Source: an uncultured Acidobacteriota bacterium (GTDB lineage: Bacteria; Acidobacteriota; Thermoanaerobaculia; Multivoradales; UBA5704). Taken from it: 64,000 bases of DNA. The DNA lies in the NCBI GenBank assembly GCA_963770895.1, contig CAVYRF010000001.1, positions 2,080,001-2,144,000 of the forward strand, given 5' to 3'. The notes beneath the pieces are model-generated. The model was not told where the DNA came from. It worked only from the letters and a program-made list of their open reading frames with translations, and ran no database searches. Below, one piece after another: positions 1 to 11,600 of the stretch. A program made the position numbers and the translations under genes. Positions within the stretch are counted from its first letter, which is position 1. Each line of letters starts with the position of its first letter.

Positions 1-1212
1 CTGGGCGGTCGGCTGGTTGTGCCACGAGCTCCACGAGGCGCCGCCGTCAACCGACACCATCGCACCCTGATCGACGGCGAGGATCCGCGACGCGGGATGG
101 TCGGCGTCGATCCACAGCATGTGGTAGTCGTCGCCGGTAGCGTCGCCCTCGATCGGGGCGAAGGTGGCGCCGCCGTCGCGCGAGCGGTAGAAGTTGGTAT
201 CGGAGATCCACACCGTATCGGGGTCGGTGGGCTCGACGGTGACGCTGCCGAAGTACCAGCCGCGCTGCCAGATCCGGTGATCGCTGCTCTTCTGGGTCCA
301 GTGCTCGCCGCCGTCGTCGGAGCGGTAGAGGCCGCCGGCCTCCGCGTCGACGATGGCATAGACCCGCTGCGGCGCGGTGGCGGCGACGGCGATGCCGATC
401 CGGCCCGGGTGGGCGGGGAGGCCGTTGCCGGTGAGCTCCCGCCAGTGGTCGCCACCGTCGGTCGACTTCCAGAGGCCGCCGCCGGGCCCGTTCGAAGGCG
501 GATAGACGCTCCATGGCGGCCGCCGCGTCTGCCAGAGCGCCGCGTAGAGCACCCGCGGGTTGCCCGGCTCGAAGGCGAGGTCGATGGCGCCGGTGTCGGC
601 GTCCTTCTTGAGCACCTGCTGCCAGTGCTGGCCGCCGTCGCTGCTGCGGAAAACGCCCCGCTCGGCGTTGGGGCCGTAGGGATGGCCCAGGGCGGCAACG
701 TAGACCCGTTCGGGGTCCTGGGGATCGACGAGGATGCGGCCGATCTGCTGTGTGTCGGTCAGGCCCAGGTGGGTCCAGGTGCGCCCGCCGTCCGCGGACT
801 TGTACATGCCGTCGCCCTGCGCGATGTCGGAGCGCATGTCGGCCTCGCCGCTGCCGACGTAAAGGGTGCTGGGTCGGGAGGGCGCCACCGCGATCGCGCC
901 GATCGTCGCGATCGGCTGCCCGTCGAAGATGGGCTTCCAGGTGCGGCCGGCGTCGCGGCTCTCCCACACGCCGCCGTTGACCGCGCCGAAATAGAAGTGA
1001 TTCGGCTCGCCCGGCACGCCGGTCACCGCGAGCACCCGGCCACCGCGGAAGGGGCCGAGCAGCCGCCAGTGAAGGCCGGAGAACAGCGCCGGGTCGACGG
1101 GTCCCCCGGCCTTGGCAATCGGAGCGGCGGCGGCGGCGGTCGGCAGGGCGAGAGCGAGCCCGGCGGCGCCTGCGAGAAGGCGGCGGATGGAGCGGCGGCG
1201 GTTGTCGTTCAC
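1..1212 (-). CDS. VPS10/BNR-repeat (sortilin-like) secreted glycosyl hydrolase-like protein, runs off the left edge
   Basis: Not in the ORF track. Minus strand from GTG at 1212 reads MNDNRRRSIRRLLAGAAGLALALP...LFSGLHWRLLGPFRGGRVLAVTGVPGEPNHFYFGAVNGGVW, with repeated SxDGGxxW boxes. Paralogous to 50024..53422. Confidence 0.85.
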   Translation of the reverse strand, partial: MNDNRRRSIRRLLAGAAGLALALPTAAAAAPIAKAGGPVDPALFSGLHWRLLGPFRGGRVLAVTGVPGEPNHFYFGAVNGGVWESRDAGRTWKPIFDGQPIATIGAIAVAPSRPSTLYVGSGEADMRSDIAQGDGMYKSADGGRTWTHLGLTDTQQIGRILVDPQDPERVYVAALGHPYGPNAERGVFRSSDGGQHWQQVLKKDADTGAIDLAFEPGNPRVLYAALWQTRRPPWSVYPPSNGPGGGLWKSTDGGDHWRELTGNGLPAHPGRIGIAVAATAPQRVYAIVDAEAGGLYRSDDGGEHWTQKSSDHRIWQRGWYFGSVTVEPTDPDTVWISDTNFYRSRDGGATFAPIEGDATGDDYHMLWIDADHPASRILAVDQGAMVSVDGGASWSSWHNQPTAQ

Positions 1213-1407
1213 GGCGCCAAGCCTAACCGAGCGACCGGCAGCGTGAAAAGGCACACGCCGGCGGCAGGGCAAGCCGGCCGATGCGCGCATACGGCCATGG
1301 CCATGCGCGAGCCCGCGGAGCGCCGGCTCTCCGCGGGCCGAATGCGGGAGGGGGCGGCGCAGCCGGCCGGCTGCGCCGCCCTGCGAGAGGAAGGCTACGG
1401 CACCGGC

Positions 1408-2820
1408 CTACGGGAGGTCCCACTCCTCGTTGCTGTCGCCGATCGCGTGGCGCAGCCGCGAGAGGCCGGCGTCGGAGGCCGGGATGGTGTAGTCGTAGCG
1501 ATACCAGTGGTCGCCCTGGAGGCGCCCGTACATGTGGCCGAAGCTCCCCTGGCAGATGAGGCCGGTGTTGGTATAGCCGGGCTTGCACTCCTTGAGGCAG
1601 TGCTCCGAGGCCTGGTCGTCGCCGGCCAGGCACTCGGACTTGTAGCAGCCGTCGGGGTCCGGCTTGCCGATGGTGTAGGTCGGAGTGCCCTCGCAGGCAG
1701 CCATGTTGAGGGGAGGCGGGTTCTGGGTGGGATGCTGGCTGATGCCGTCGGGTCCCCAGTGCCAGGTGGCGAACTCGCCCTGCGGATATTGGAGGCTGGG
1801 CGAGCTGTGCTGCGACCAGTTGTCCTGGAGCATCCAGGGCTCTTCATAGCTGTCCAGGTCGGCCAGCCTGGCCGTCCAGGTGCGCAGGATGTCGGCATCC
1901 GACTTGGGGTTGCGGAAATCGGCCCAGTAGGCGCACCCACCGGCGCCGGCGGGGCCCGCCGAGTTGTCGTCGTGGAACGAGCCGTGCGAGAGCTTGCCCA
2001 CGTAGACCACGGGGTGCTCGCCGTCGCTGCGAAAGCCGGAGGAGCCGCCGCAGCGCCCGGTTCCGCCGGGGGTGCAGGGAGCGTCGTGAGACCCCGAGAT
2101 GCGCGTGTACCAGCCGCCGTGCTGGAAGTAGGTGACGGCCGCCACGGCGTTGCGGTCCTCCCGCAGGATGACGATCACGTTCTCCCAATCGCCGTTGTGC
2201 TTCCCCTCCTCCATGAAACAGGGGTGCTGGTAGCCGTAGAACCACCAGTACCGGATGCGCACCTGCTTGCCGACGGTCCGGATCTGGTAATAGGTCGGAA
2301 TGGATTTGTTTCCGAGCGTCGCCTGATTCGTGTTTTCGACCCCGACCGGCGTGTTGCCCGGCTGGTCGACCGGATTGCCGTCCTTGTCCTTGGGCAGCCT
2401 GTCGACGAACGGCTGCGGCGGCATCGGATACCCCTGCGCGGCACGGTCGAACTTCAGCTCCGGCGCGAAGCGGGCGTCGAGCGCCGGGGTGACCAGGTTG
2501 GGCGGCGACCCCTGAGCGCAGAAAACCTTGCCAAGCTTGTTCTGAGGCGGCCACTTCCTGTGGATGGCGCACTTGTACCCCGGCCCGCCCATGGCGCCGC
2601 CATCGGCGAGCCCATAGATCTCCCAGGGCTGCATAGAGTCGCAGATCTGCTGCCTGTGCTCGAAAGCCTCCTGCGTGGTGAGCACGTGCATGGCTCCGCA
2701 GTGCGCCGCGTCGTCCGCCGCGAACACCGGAAACTTCCCACCGCTCGTCTGGCCAACCGCCGGCAGGCCGCAGCAGATCAGCACCAGCCAACACGGACCG
2801 ACCCATAGAGATCTTTTCAT
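1408..2820 (-). CDS. Secreted Cys-rich protein: aerolysin APT-like N-terminal domain plus NPP1/Vps62-like domain
   Basis: ATG at 2820 with signal peptide MKRSLWVGPCWLVLICCGLPAVG. Segment 'EA...MQPWEIYGLADGGAMGGPGY' resembles the aerolysin small lobe. 'FAPELKFD...YWWFYG...HNGDWENV...HPVVYVGKLSHG' resembles NPP1/Vps62. Confidence 0.6.
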   Translation of the reverse strand: MKRSLWVGPCWLVLICCGLPAVGQTSGGKFPVFAADDAAHCGAMHVLTTQEAFEHRQQICDSMQPWEIYGLADGGAMGGPGYKCAIHRKWPPQNKLGKVFCAQGSPPNLVTPALDARFAPELKFDRAAQGYPMPPQPFVDRLPKDKDGNPVDQPGNTPVGVENTNQATLGNKSIPTYYQIRTVGKQVRIRYWWFYGYQHPCFMEEGKHNGDWENVIVILREDRNAVAAVTYFQHGGWYTRISGSHDAPCTPGGTGRCGGSSGFRSDGEHPVVYVGKLSHGSFHDDNSAGPAGAGGCAYWADFRNPKSDADILRTWTARLADLDSYEEPWMLQDNWSQHSSPSLQYPQGEFATWHWGPDGISQHPTQNPPPLNMAACEGTPTYTIGKPDPDGCYKSECLAGDDQASEHCLKECKPGYTNTGLICQGSFGHMYGRLQGDHWYRYDYTIPASDAGLSRLRHAIGDSNEEWDLP

Positions 2821-3200
2821 CTCCCGGTTCCTCCTCGTCTGAGAATGGGGTAGGGCTTTCCACCATTGTATCGGAACCGCGATCCGCGAAGTCCGCGCCG
2901 CCCGTGGCAAGGATGAACTTCGCCTTGGCCTTGGCTGCGCATTCCGCTGAAGGCGACCACCCGTTCCTGAAACCCAGGCTGTCCGCGGGCTTCTCCTCTC
3001 TTCGCGCGGTAAGGAAGTGTCGTCGGCAGCCCCGCGGGCAGGTATGATGCTCTCCAGGGCGAGGCGCACGGGTTCGGGCCGTTTCGGTCCGCCACGATCG
3101 CCGCTTCCGCTACCCCGCGGCATTTCTTTCGCGATCCGCTCTTGTACCGCCGGCCGCCGCGGGGATGTGCGAAGGCCTGTCTCGGAAGGGATGTTCCTGA

Positions 3201-5033
3201 TTGGACAGCGCGACCCACCCCTCGCCTCGTTGGCTCCGTGACCTGCGGCGCTTCCTACCCCTCAAGAGCCAGTTTGTCCTGAGCGGCAACGTCCGCGACC
3301 TCCAGATCTACGCGACTGGGGAAGCGGTCACCGCGGTGAGCCTGGAAACGGTGCTCGGTGCAACGCTCGCCCGAGCCGGCTTCGTCTCCGTGCTCGCCTA
3401 CGAGCCGGTCGCCGGCTTCCGCGTCCTCGACCGTCCCGACGGATCTCCATCCGACGCCCGGGCGGTGCTCGGCGGGCTCGGGCTCACGCCGTCGGCCAAC
3501 GGCGCCGCTCCGGCCGGCCCCGACCTGTTTGCGTCGGTGCTGCAGCGGCTCGTCCAGCGCGACGGAGCGCCGATCGCGCTGGTCGCCGACTTCGCGTCGC
3601 GTCTCCTGGTCCGCCACGACGCGCCGAGCGTCGCCGAGCACCAGCTGTTCACCACCGCGCTCGTGCTGAGCCAGAAGGCCGCAGCACGCCCTCTCGGGGT
3701 CGACCGCTCGCCGCTCTACAACGCGGTGATCTGGGTCGTCGACAAGGAGGGGGACCTGCCCGATTGGCTGACGATCGGCAACCCGCGCATTCGCCACATC
3801 CCGATTGCGAGCCCCGATCGCCAGGCGCGATGGGCCGTCGCCCCATCTCTCCTCCGCGGGCTCCCCGGCGCCCGCGAAGCGCCCCCCGAGGCGCTTCGGC
3901 GCGCCGAGGTCGAGCTGGTCGATGGCACCGAGGGGCTGCTCCTCATGGACCTGAGCTCGATCGCCCAGCTGGCGCGCTCCGAGGGCGTGGCGCTCGGCGA
4001 CATCGGCGACGCCGTCCGGCGCTACAAGGTGGGCGTCACCGAGGACGCCTGGCGGAAGATCGAGAAGGAGAGGATCCGAGGCGGCGTCGAGCAGGTGACC
4101 AAACGGGTGATCGGCCAGGACCACGCGGTCACCCACATGCTCGACATCGTCAAGCGGGCGGCAACCGGTCTCGGCACCGGCGGCACCGGCGGGCGCCCGC
4201 GCGGCATTGCGTTCCTCGCCGGCCCGACCGGCGTCGGCAAGACGGAGCTCGCGAAGAGCGTGACCGAGCTGCTGTTCGGCGACGAGAGTGCCTACATTCG
4301 CTTCGACATGTCGGAGTTCAGCGCTGAGCACGCCGACCAGCGGCTGATCGGCGCGCCGCCCGGCTACGTTGGCTACGACATGGGGGGCGAGCTGACCAAC
4401 GCGATCCGCGAGAAGCCGTTCGCGGTCGTCCTGTTCGACGAGATCGAGAAGGCGCACCCGCGCATCCTCGACAAGTTCCTGCAGGTGCTCGACGACGGGG
4501 TCCTAACCTCGGGGCGCGGCGACCGTGTCTACTTCTCGGAGGCGCTGATCGTGTTCACCTCCAACCTCGGCATCTACAGGCTCGACGCGAGCGGGGCGCG
4601 GATCCCGAACGTCGCTCCCGACCAACCGTTCGAGGAGGTGCGGGCGCGGGTGCGGGCCGAGATCGAGGCCCACTTCAAGCTCGTCCTCAACCGGCCCGAG
4701 ATCCTCAACCGCATCGGCGAGAACATCATCGTGTTCGATTTCATCCGGCGTGACGTGGCAGACCGGATCTTCGACGGCATGGTCGACGCGCTGCTGCGCG
4801 AGGCCGCGAAGTCGGGGCATCGGGTCGCGATCGCGCCCGAGGCGCGGGAGGCGCTGCGCGAGCTCTGCGTCGCCGACCTCTCGAACGGCGGCCGCGGCGT
4901 GCGCAACAAGCTCGAAGTCCATCTCACCAACCCGCTCGCCCGCGCGCTCTTCGACCGCGACGGGGAAGGGCCGGTGGTCGTCCGCCGCGTCGAGCCCGGC
5001 GCGATCACCCGTCTGCATCTCGAGAGCGAATGA
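3201..5033 (+). CDS. ClpB-like AAA+ ATPase (intact D2-type module, degenerate N-terminal module)
   Basis: Walker A GPTGVGKTELAK, FDMSEF, pore loop LIGAPPGYVGY, Walker B VVLFDEIEKAHP, sensor FTSN. No Clp N-domain and no first Walker A. Confidence 0.85.
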   Translation: MDSATHPSPRWLRDLRRFLPLKSQFVLSGNVRDLQIYATGEAVTAVSLETVLGATLARAGFVSVLAYEPVAGFRVLDRPDGSPSDARAVLGGLGLTPSANGAAPAGPDLFASVLQRLVQRDGAPIALVADFASRLLVRHDAPSVAEHQLFTTALVLSQKAAARPLGVDRSPLYNAVIWVVDKEGDLPDWLTIGNPRIRHIPIASPDRQARWAVAPSLLRGLPGAREAPPEALRRAEVELVDGTEGLLLMDLSSIAQLARSEGVALGDIGDAVRRYKVGVTEDAWRKIEKERIRGGVEQVTKRVIGQDHAVTHMLDIVKRAATGLGTGGTGGRPRGIAFLAGPTGVGKTELAKSVTELLFGDESAYIRFDMSEFSAEHADQRLIGAPPGYVGYDMGGELTNAIREKPFAVVLFDEIEKAHPRILDKFLQVLDDGVLTSGRGDRVYFSEALIVFTSNLGIYRLDASGARIPNVAPDQPFEEVRARVRAEIEAHFKLVLNRPEILNRIGENIIVFDFIRRDVADRIFDGMVDALLREAAKSGHRVAIAPEAREALRELCVADLSNGGRGVRNKLEVHLTNPLARALFDRDGEGPVVVRRVEPGAITRLHLESE

Positions 5034-5674
5034 CGCCCGCCGCGATCTCCCGCCTCCACTTCCCGGTCACCACGCTCGGCCCGGGGCGCCGCATCGGGGT
5101 CTGGTTCCAGGGGTGCTCGCTCCGCTGCCCCGGCTGCATCTCACCCGATACCTGGGAGCCCGGACGCGGGGAGACCACGGTCGAGGAGGTGCTCGCGGCG
5201 CTCGCCCCGTGGCGGGACGCGGCCGATGGGCTGACCGTCTCGGGCGGCGAGCCGTTCGAGCAGGGCAAGGCGCTCGCCGCGCTCTTGACCGGCTGGCGCG
5301 CCGGAGCGCCGAAGAGCTCGCTGGTCTTCACCGGCTTCGAGCGCGCCGCCGTCGAGCCCTGGCTTGCCGCCCACCCGGGGCTGATCGACGCGCTCGTCAC
5401 CGGTCCTTTCCGGCAGGAAGCGCCGCAGACCCTGGCGCTACGCGGCAGCGACAATCAGGAGCTGCACGTCCTGTCGCCGCTCGGCGTCGCGTTCCGAGCC
5501 CTCGACCGGCCGGCGACCGGCGACGACCGCCGCCTCGACGCCATGTTCGACGCCGACGGCACGGTCTGGTTCGCCGGCATCCCGGCGCGCGACGACTTCC
5601 GGCGCCTCCGCCGCGCCCTCGAAGCGGCGGGCCACGCCGTCACCCTCTCACCCAGGGCACGAGGAGCCGCATGA
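5030..5674 (+). CDS. Radical SAM 4Fe-4S protein, NrdG/GRE-activase-like
   Basis: GPGRRIGVWFQGCSLRCPGC (CxxxCxxC), SGGEPFEQ, LRGSDNQ. ATGA overlaps with both neighbours. Confidence 0.85.
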   Translation: MTPAAISRLHFPVTTLGPGRRIGVWFQGCSLRCPGCISPDTWEPGRGETTVEEVLAALAPWRDAADGLTVSGGEPFEQGKALAALLTGWRAGAPKSSLVFTGFERAAVEPWLAAHPGLIDALVTGPFRQEAPQTLALRGSDNQELHVLSPLGVAFRALDRPATGDDRRLDAMFDADGTVWFAGIPARDDFRRLRRALEAAGHAVTLSPRARGAA

Positions 5675-8600
5675 TCCGTTTCTGTCCGGCCTGCGCGACG
5701 GAGCGCAGCCCGTCCGAGGTGTTCTGCGAGGGGACCATCGACGGCCGGCCTTGCGATTGGAACCTGAGCGAGGTGCCGCTCCGGCCGGCCGGCTGGCGGC
5801 CGTCCCCGGAAGGGGAGCTCGAGCCCGTCCCGGCGCCGTCCGGCGTCTGCCCGAACGGCCACCCCCTCGAGCCGGGCGACCTCCTCTGCGGGCGGTGCGG
5901 GGCCGACCTGACGACCACCGAACCCTCCGCCTCCGGCACCGCGCTCCGGGAGGGGGAGCCCGCAGGCGGAGCGGCGACACCGTCGATCCCCGGCTGGAGG
6001 ATCGAGCACCGGATCGCCGCCGACAGTCAGGTCCAGGAGCGCTACGCCGCGGTGCGCGAGGCGGACGGCCACCGCGCCGTCCTCACCGTCTACAGCGAGG
6101 GGCACGAGCCGGATGCCGAGGTCTACGAGGTGCTGCGGACGCTCGATCGCGAGCACGTCCCCGACCTGCTCGAGACCGGGCGGTGGGACGGGCGCGCCTA
6201 CGAGCTGAGCGAGGACTTGCGCGGCGGCACCCTCGCCGAGGTCGGCCTCCTGCCCGATGATCTCGGCACTCTGTCGCGCATCGTCTCCGAGCTCGGCAGG
6301 GCCCTCCATGCGCTCTCCGAGCACGGGCTGCGCCACCGCGACCTGCGTCCGAGCGCGATCCTCGTCCGCACCCGCGAGCCGCTCGACCTCGTCCTCACCA
6401 GCTTCGGCTCGGCGCTCCTGTCGGACTACGACCTCGACACCGTCTCGCCGCTCGAGACGACGCGCTACACGGCGCCCGAGGCGGCCTTGGGCGCCGTCGC
6501 CGCGGCGAGCGACTGGTGGAGCTTGGGGATTCTCCTTCTGGAGCAGGTGACGCGCGGCGCCTGCTTCGCGGGGGTGAACGACCAGGCGTTCCTGATCCAC
6601 GTCCTGACCCACGGGGCGCCGATCCCGGAAGGGCTCGCTCCCGAGGTCGACCTCCTGCTGCGCGGGCTCCTGACGCGCGACCGGCGCGAGCGTTGGGGCT
6701 GGCCCGAGGCGCAGCGCTGGCTCGCCGGCGAGTCGCCTTCCGTCTCGGCCTCGGCGCGTCCCGCGGCGGAGACGCGAGGAACGCGAACCCTCCAGCTCGG
6801 TGGCACCGACTACGCCAGCCCGACCGCGTTCGCGTTCGCCGCCGCGGAGGCGGCGAACTGGGACGAGGCGCGCACGCTCCTCGCGCGCGGCGCCGTCGCG
6901 ACTTGGGCCGAGGAGGCGGGGTTCGACGGCCGGCTACAGGCGGATCTTCGGCACCTCGCCCACGTCGACGACCTGTCGGACGACCTGCGGCTGACCCTGG
7001 CCGTCAGGGCGTTGAATCCGGCGATGCCGCTCGTCTTGCGCGGTGAGATCGTGACACCGGGCTGGCTCCTCGACCACCCGGACGAGGGGTACGCGATGAT
7101 CGCCGGCTCTGCCCCCGACCGGCTCGCCCGCAACGACGCGGATGTCTGGCTGTCGCGCATGAAGGCCCGCGCCTTGCAGGTGCGCGAGCGGGCCGAGCAA
7201 CTCGGCATCGCCCTGGATGAGACGGAGCTGCGGCTCTACCTCCTCGCCACCTCGCGCAGCCGCCTCGCGGCGATCTGGCGGGAGCGCTGTCGCCTCCTTC
7301 CCGATACCGACCATCCGGGGCTCGTCGCGCTCATGGAGCGTCGGCAGACGACCGACGAGGACTACATCGTGCTGCTCGCCGCCGACGTCGGGCAGTTCCG
7401 CACCGCCGACGCGGTGGTCGTGGACGCCGCACGCGCCGCAGCAGACGTCGGGGTCGAGAGCTTCGATGCGGCAGCGGCCCGTGCCCGGCTCGAGAAGCCG
7501 CGGCGCGAGATCTACTCCGAGATCGAGCAGCGCCTCGCCGGCTTCTCGCGCTGCGATCGCGCGCGGATCGACGAGTGGGCCGACAGCTTTCGGATCGAGC
7601 GCCGCCTGCCGCTCCCGCGGGCGCTCGCCCTCCTCGCGGTGCCGGCCGATTCGTGGCGCGAGCCGCCGCGGCAAGCCTACGTGGCGACCCTGCTCGACTT
7701 CTTCGGCAAGCGAATCACCAACGCGCTGGTCCGCGGGCCGCTGACCCGCATGCTGGTCGGCAAGAACGCCGCGCGCCTCGATCTGACCGAGCTCGACGGC
7801 GAGCGCCGGTCGGCGGCCGCGCTGCTCGACCACCTGCTCCGGCGAGGGGCGCTGGCGATCGACCTCGACCCCGCCGTCTTCCGGGACGACCCGACGCTCG
7901 AGCGTCGGCTGCGCACGCTGCACTCTCACGCCATGCTCTACCGCCGCGACACCGGGATCGACGGCCTCTACCTCGGGTTCCCCTTCCTCCTCCTGCAGGA
8001 GAACCGGACGTCGGTCAAACCGCGGATCGCGCCGGTCCTCCTCTGGCCGGTGCGGCTCCGGCCGGAAACCGGCGCGCGGGCGCGGATCGACGTCGCCTTC
8101 GACGACGACCGCCAGGAGGTGCGGCTCAATCCCGCGTTCGCCCTCCTTCTGGGAGCCGATGCGGCCCGCCGCTGGGAGGAGGCCGCCCGCGACCTGCTCG
8201 GCCGTGCGAGCCTGACCGCCGGCGGGGTGCTCGACGCGTTTGCCGGCCTGGCCGCTGTCGAGGGGCGGAGCCTCGTCCCGCTCCCCGGCAAGGACGCGAA
8301 GGTCGAGCCAGGCGCCGATCGGCTGGTCTGCGCCGCGGTGCTGTTCAACCTCTCCTTCCTCGGCCAGGCGGTCTTGGAAGACCTGCGCCAGCTGAGGGCG
8401 ATCCCGCCCGCCGGCACCGGTCTCGAGAAGGCGTTCCGGGTCGGGGGCCGGGTGGAGCGGTCTTCCCTCGAGCCCGTGCGCGAGCGCGATCGGTACCTCA
8501 CCGCCGACAGCGATCCATCCCAGGAACGGGCGGTCCTGGAAGCGCGCACGGGCAGCGGGTTGGTGGTGGAAGGGCCGCCGGGCACCGGCAAGAGCCAGAC

Positions 8601-11600
8601 GATCGTCAACATGGTCGCCGACGCCATCGGCCGCCGCAGGAGCCTCCTCGTCGTCTGCCAGAAGCAGGCGGCGCTCGAGGTCGTGCACAAGCGGCTGGAA
8701 GCGGAGGGGCTGGGCGGGCGCGTCATGATGCTCAACGATGTGAACAAGGACCGCCTGCCGATCATCCGCGCGGTCCGCGAGCAGCTCGAGGCGCTCATGG
8801 CGCGCCTCGCGGGCGAGGCGGGCTGGCGGCAGCAGCGCCAGCAGCTGGCCGGCCGCATCGAGGTCCTGGAAGCCGACCTCGACCGCCATCACGAGGCGCT
8901 GCACGCGGCCGATCCCGCGACCGGCCTTAGTTATCGCCTCGTCCTCGGCGACCTGATCTCCGCCGAGACGGGAGAGCGGCCGCCGATCGACGTGCCGCGC
9001 CTGCGCCTTGTCCTGGGCTCCGTCGGCCCCTCCAACGTCGCCCATCTGCAGGAGACCTGTGGGCCGCTCGCCGGGCTTTGGCTCGCCGCGGAGTTCGAGG
9101 ACAGCCCGCTCGCCGGGCTCCGCCCTTTCGCTTCGGACGCCGGGACGGTCGCGGCCTTCGCCGACGACCTGGCGGCGTTCGCGAAACGCGATCGGGAGCG
9201 TTGCGATGTCCTCGCGCGCACCGCGGACGCGATCGAGGCCGACGATCCGGACGCCTGCCGGAGCTGGAAAGCCCTCCACGCCGAGACGTTCCGTTCTCTC
9301 GACGAGGCAGCCCGCGAGCGGCTCGCCCGCTGGCTCCCCCGGCTGACGCGAGAACGCGACGAGGAGTGGCGGCGGGAGACCGCCGAGCTTGAAGCGGTCG
9401 CGCAGGGGATCGCGGCCCTCACCGCCGGCCCCTCCGACGCGCCGTCGGCGCGGGTGGCGCGCGGCCTTTCGACGCCGGACCTCGGCACGATCGACGGGCT
9501 GACGGAGACGGCGCTCCCCGCCAGCTTCTTCGCCAGGTTTTCCCTGTCGCGCTTCCGCAAACGGCGGCAGCTCCTCACCTTTCTTCGTTCGGCCGGCCTC
9601 GCCGATCCGCTCGCGTTGCGGGCTGCCGTCCGCGACGAGATCGCCGTCCGCCCGTTCCGCGACCGGCTGGCCGCAACGCGCGCTCGCCTCGGCGAGCCGC
9701 CACTGCCGCTCGAAGAGCGACCTCCCGCGGTGCTCGCCGCGACCGCTCGCACCCTGGGCGCATGGTTGGCCGAGGCGGCGCAGCTGGCCGCTCGCCTCCT
9801 CGAGCATCCACGCCGTGCGGCGGCCTGGGCGATGGCGGGTGCCGCGGCCCGCGAGGCGTTCGACCGGTTCCTCGACCGCGTCGAGCAGGGCCTCGAGCGT
9901 CACCGGGCGCAGCAGGCGAGCCTCGCGGCGCTCGCATCGCTCGCGACCTGGTTCGAGGAGCCCTGGCTCGCCGACCGTCGCCGCGAGATCGGAAGCGGCA
10001 TGGAATGGCGCGACGGCACCACGGCGTTCATCCCGCAGCGGGTCGCCGCCTATCAGCGCTTCCGTTCGCGAGCCCGCGAGCTGTCGCCGCTCGCGCTCGA
10101 CGCGTTCCGTGCCCTCCGCACTGTCGCCCCGGCACTACGGCAGCTGCCCGACGGCGCGCTCGACGGCGAGGTACGGCGGATCTTCGCCCGTGAATCGCGC
10201 CTCGCCTGGAAGGCGCATCTCGAAGGCGAGCGGCCGGCCCTCCTGTTCGAGGCGGCGGAGCTCGAGGCCAAGCGCGAGGCGCTCGCCGCGGCGGATCGCG
10301 AGATGCGGACGCTCAACCGAAGGTGGGTGGCCGAGGGAATCGACATGGCGAAGGTGCGCCCGCTCCGCGAGTGGGAGGACATCACCCGCCTCTCCGGCCA
10401 GCGGACGCGGCGGCTGCGCGAGTTCCTCGACCGCGGAGTGGAGCTCGGCCTGATGGCCCTCCGCCCCGTCTGGCTGATGAACCCGGACGTCGCGAGCCGC
10501 GTCCTGCCGCTGCGCGGCGGACTGTTCGACGCCGTCATCTACGACGAGGCGTCGCAAATGCCGATCGAGTACGCCGTTCCGAGCCTGTATCGCAGTCGCG
10601 TCATGATCGTCAGCGGCGACGAGAAGCAGATGCCGCCGAGCGCCTTTTTCTCCAGCCGAGTGGCGAACGACGAGGGGGAGCCGTTCGCAGGGGACGGCGC
10701 GGAGGAGGGGGCGAGCGAGCAGGAGCGCGAGGAGCTTGCCGCGACCTGGGACCGGCGCGAGATCAAGGACTGCCCCGACCTGCTGCAGCTGGCGCGCTCG
10801 GTGCTTCCCATCACGACGCTGCAGATCCATTACCGCTCGGCCTACAGCGAGCTGATCCAGTTCTCGAACGCCTCGTTCTACGCGAACGGCCTGAGCGTCC
10901 CGGTGCGCCACCCCGAGGCCGAGGTGCGCCGCGTGCGGCCGATCGAGCTGCTCCAGGTCGACGGTGTCTACCAGGAGCAGACGAACCGGGCCGAGGCGGA
11001 GCGGGTCGTCGCGGTGGTGGCGGAGCAGTGGAAGGTTCCCGCCGCGGAGAGGAAGTCGATCGGCGTCGTGACGTTCAACCGCAAACAGGCCGACCTCATC
11101 GAGGAGAGGCTCGAGGCCCGCGCCCAGGAGGACCCGGCGTTCCGCGCCGCCCTCGCCGAGGAGCGCGACCGCGTCGAGAAAGGGGAGGACGTCGGCTTCT
11201 TCGTCAAGAACGTCGAGAATGTGCAAGGGGACGAGCGAGACGTCATCGTCTTCTCCTCGACGTTCGGGCGCAACGCGCAGGGCACCTTCCGCCGCTCCTT
11301 CGGCGTGCTCGGCCAGGTGGGCGGCGAGCGCCGCCTCAACGTCGCGGTGACCCGAGCGCGCGAAAAGGTGGTCCTCGTCACCTCCATGCCGATCCCGCTC
11401 ATCTCGGACTTTCTCGCGACGCTGCGCCAGGCCGAGTCGCCCCGCGACTACCTGCAGGCCTACTTCGAGTACGCCCGCGCGCTCTCGTCCGGGGAGCTCG
11501 AACGGGCGCGTTCGCTTCTCGGCCGCCTGGCGCCAGGGCGCGATGGACGCGGTCCGCGCACGCCGACCGCCGTCGATCTCGACGGCTTCCAGCAGGCGGT

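Noticed and set aside
19-2808. 929-aa plus-strand ORF
   Set aside because: Antisense shadow of two real minus-strand genes; typical of high-GC DNA and has no motifs.
3201-5033. Calling this gene clpB, or 30182..33223 dnaK, or 21171..25166 ftsZ
   Set aside because: Domain architectures differ strongly from the housekeeping proteins; only family-level motifs are shared.
4750-5670. N-terminal extension of the 2385-aa ORF
   Set aside because: Overlaps the AAA and radical SAM genes; the better start is ATG 5671 with an RBS and ATGA coupling.
5030-5674. nrdG of an anaerobic ribonucleotide reductase
   Set aside because: No nrdD or other glycyl radical enzyme is adjacent; the gene is embedded in an unrelated operon.
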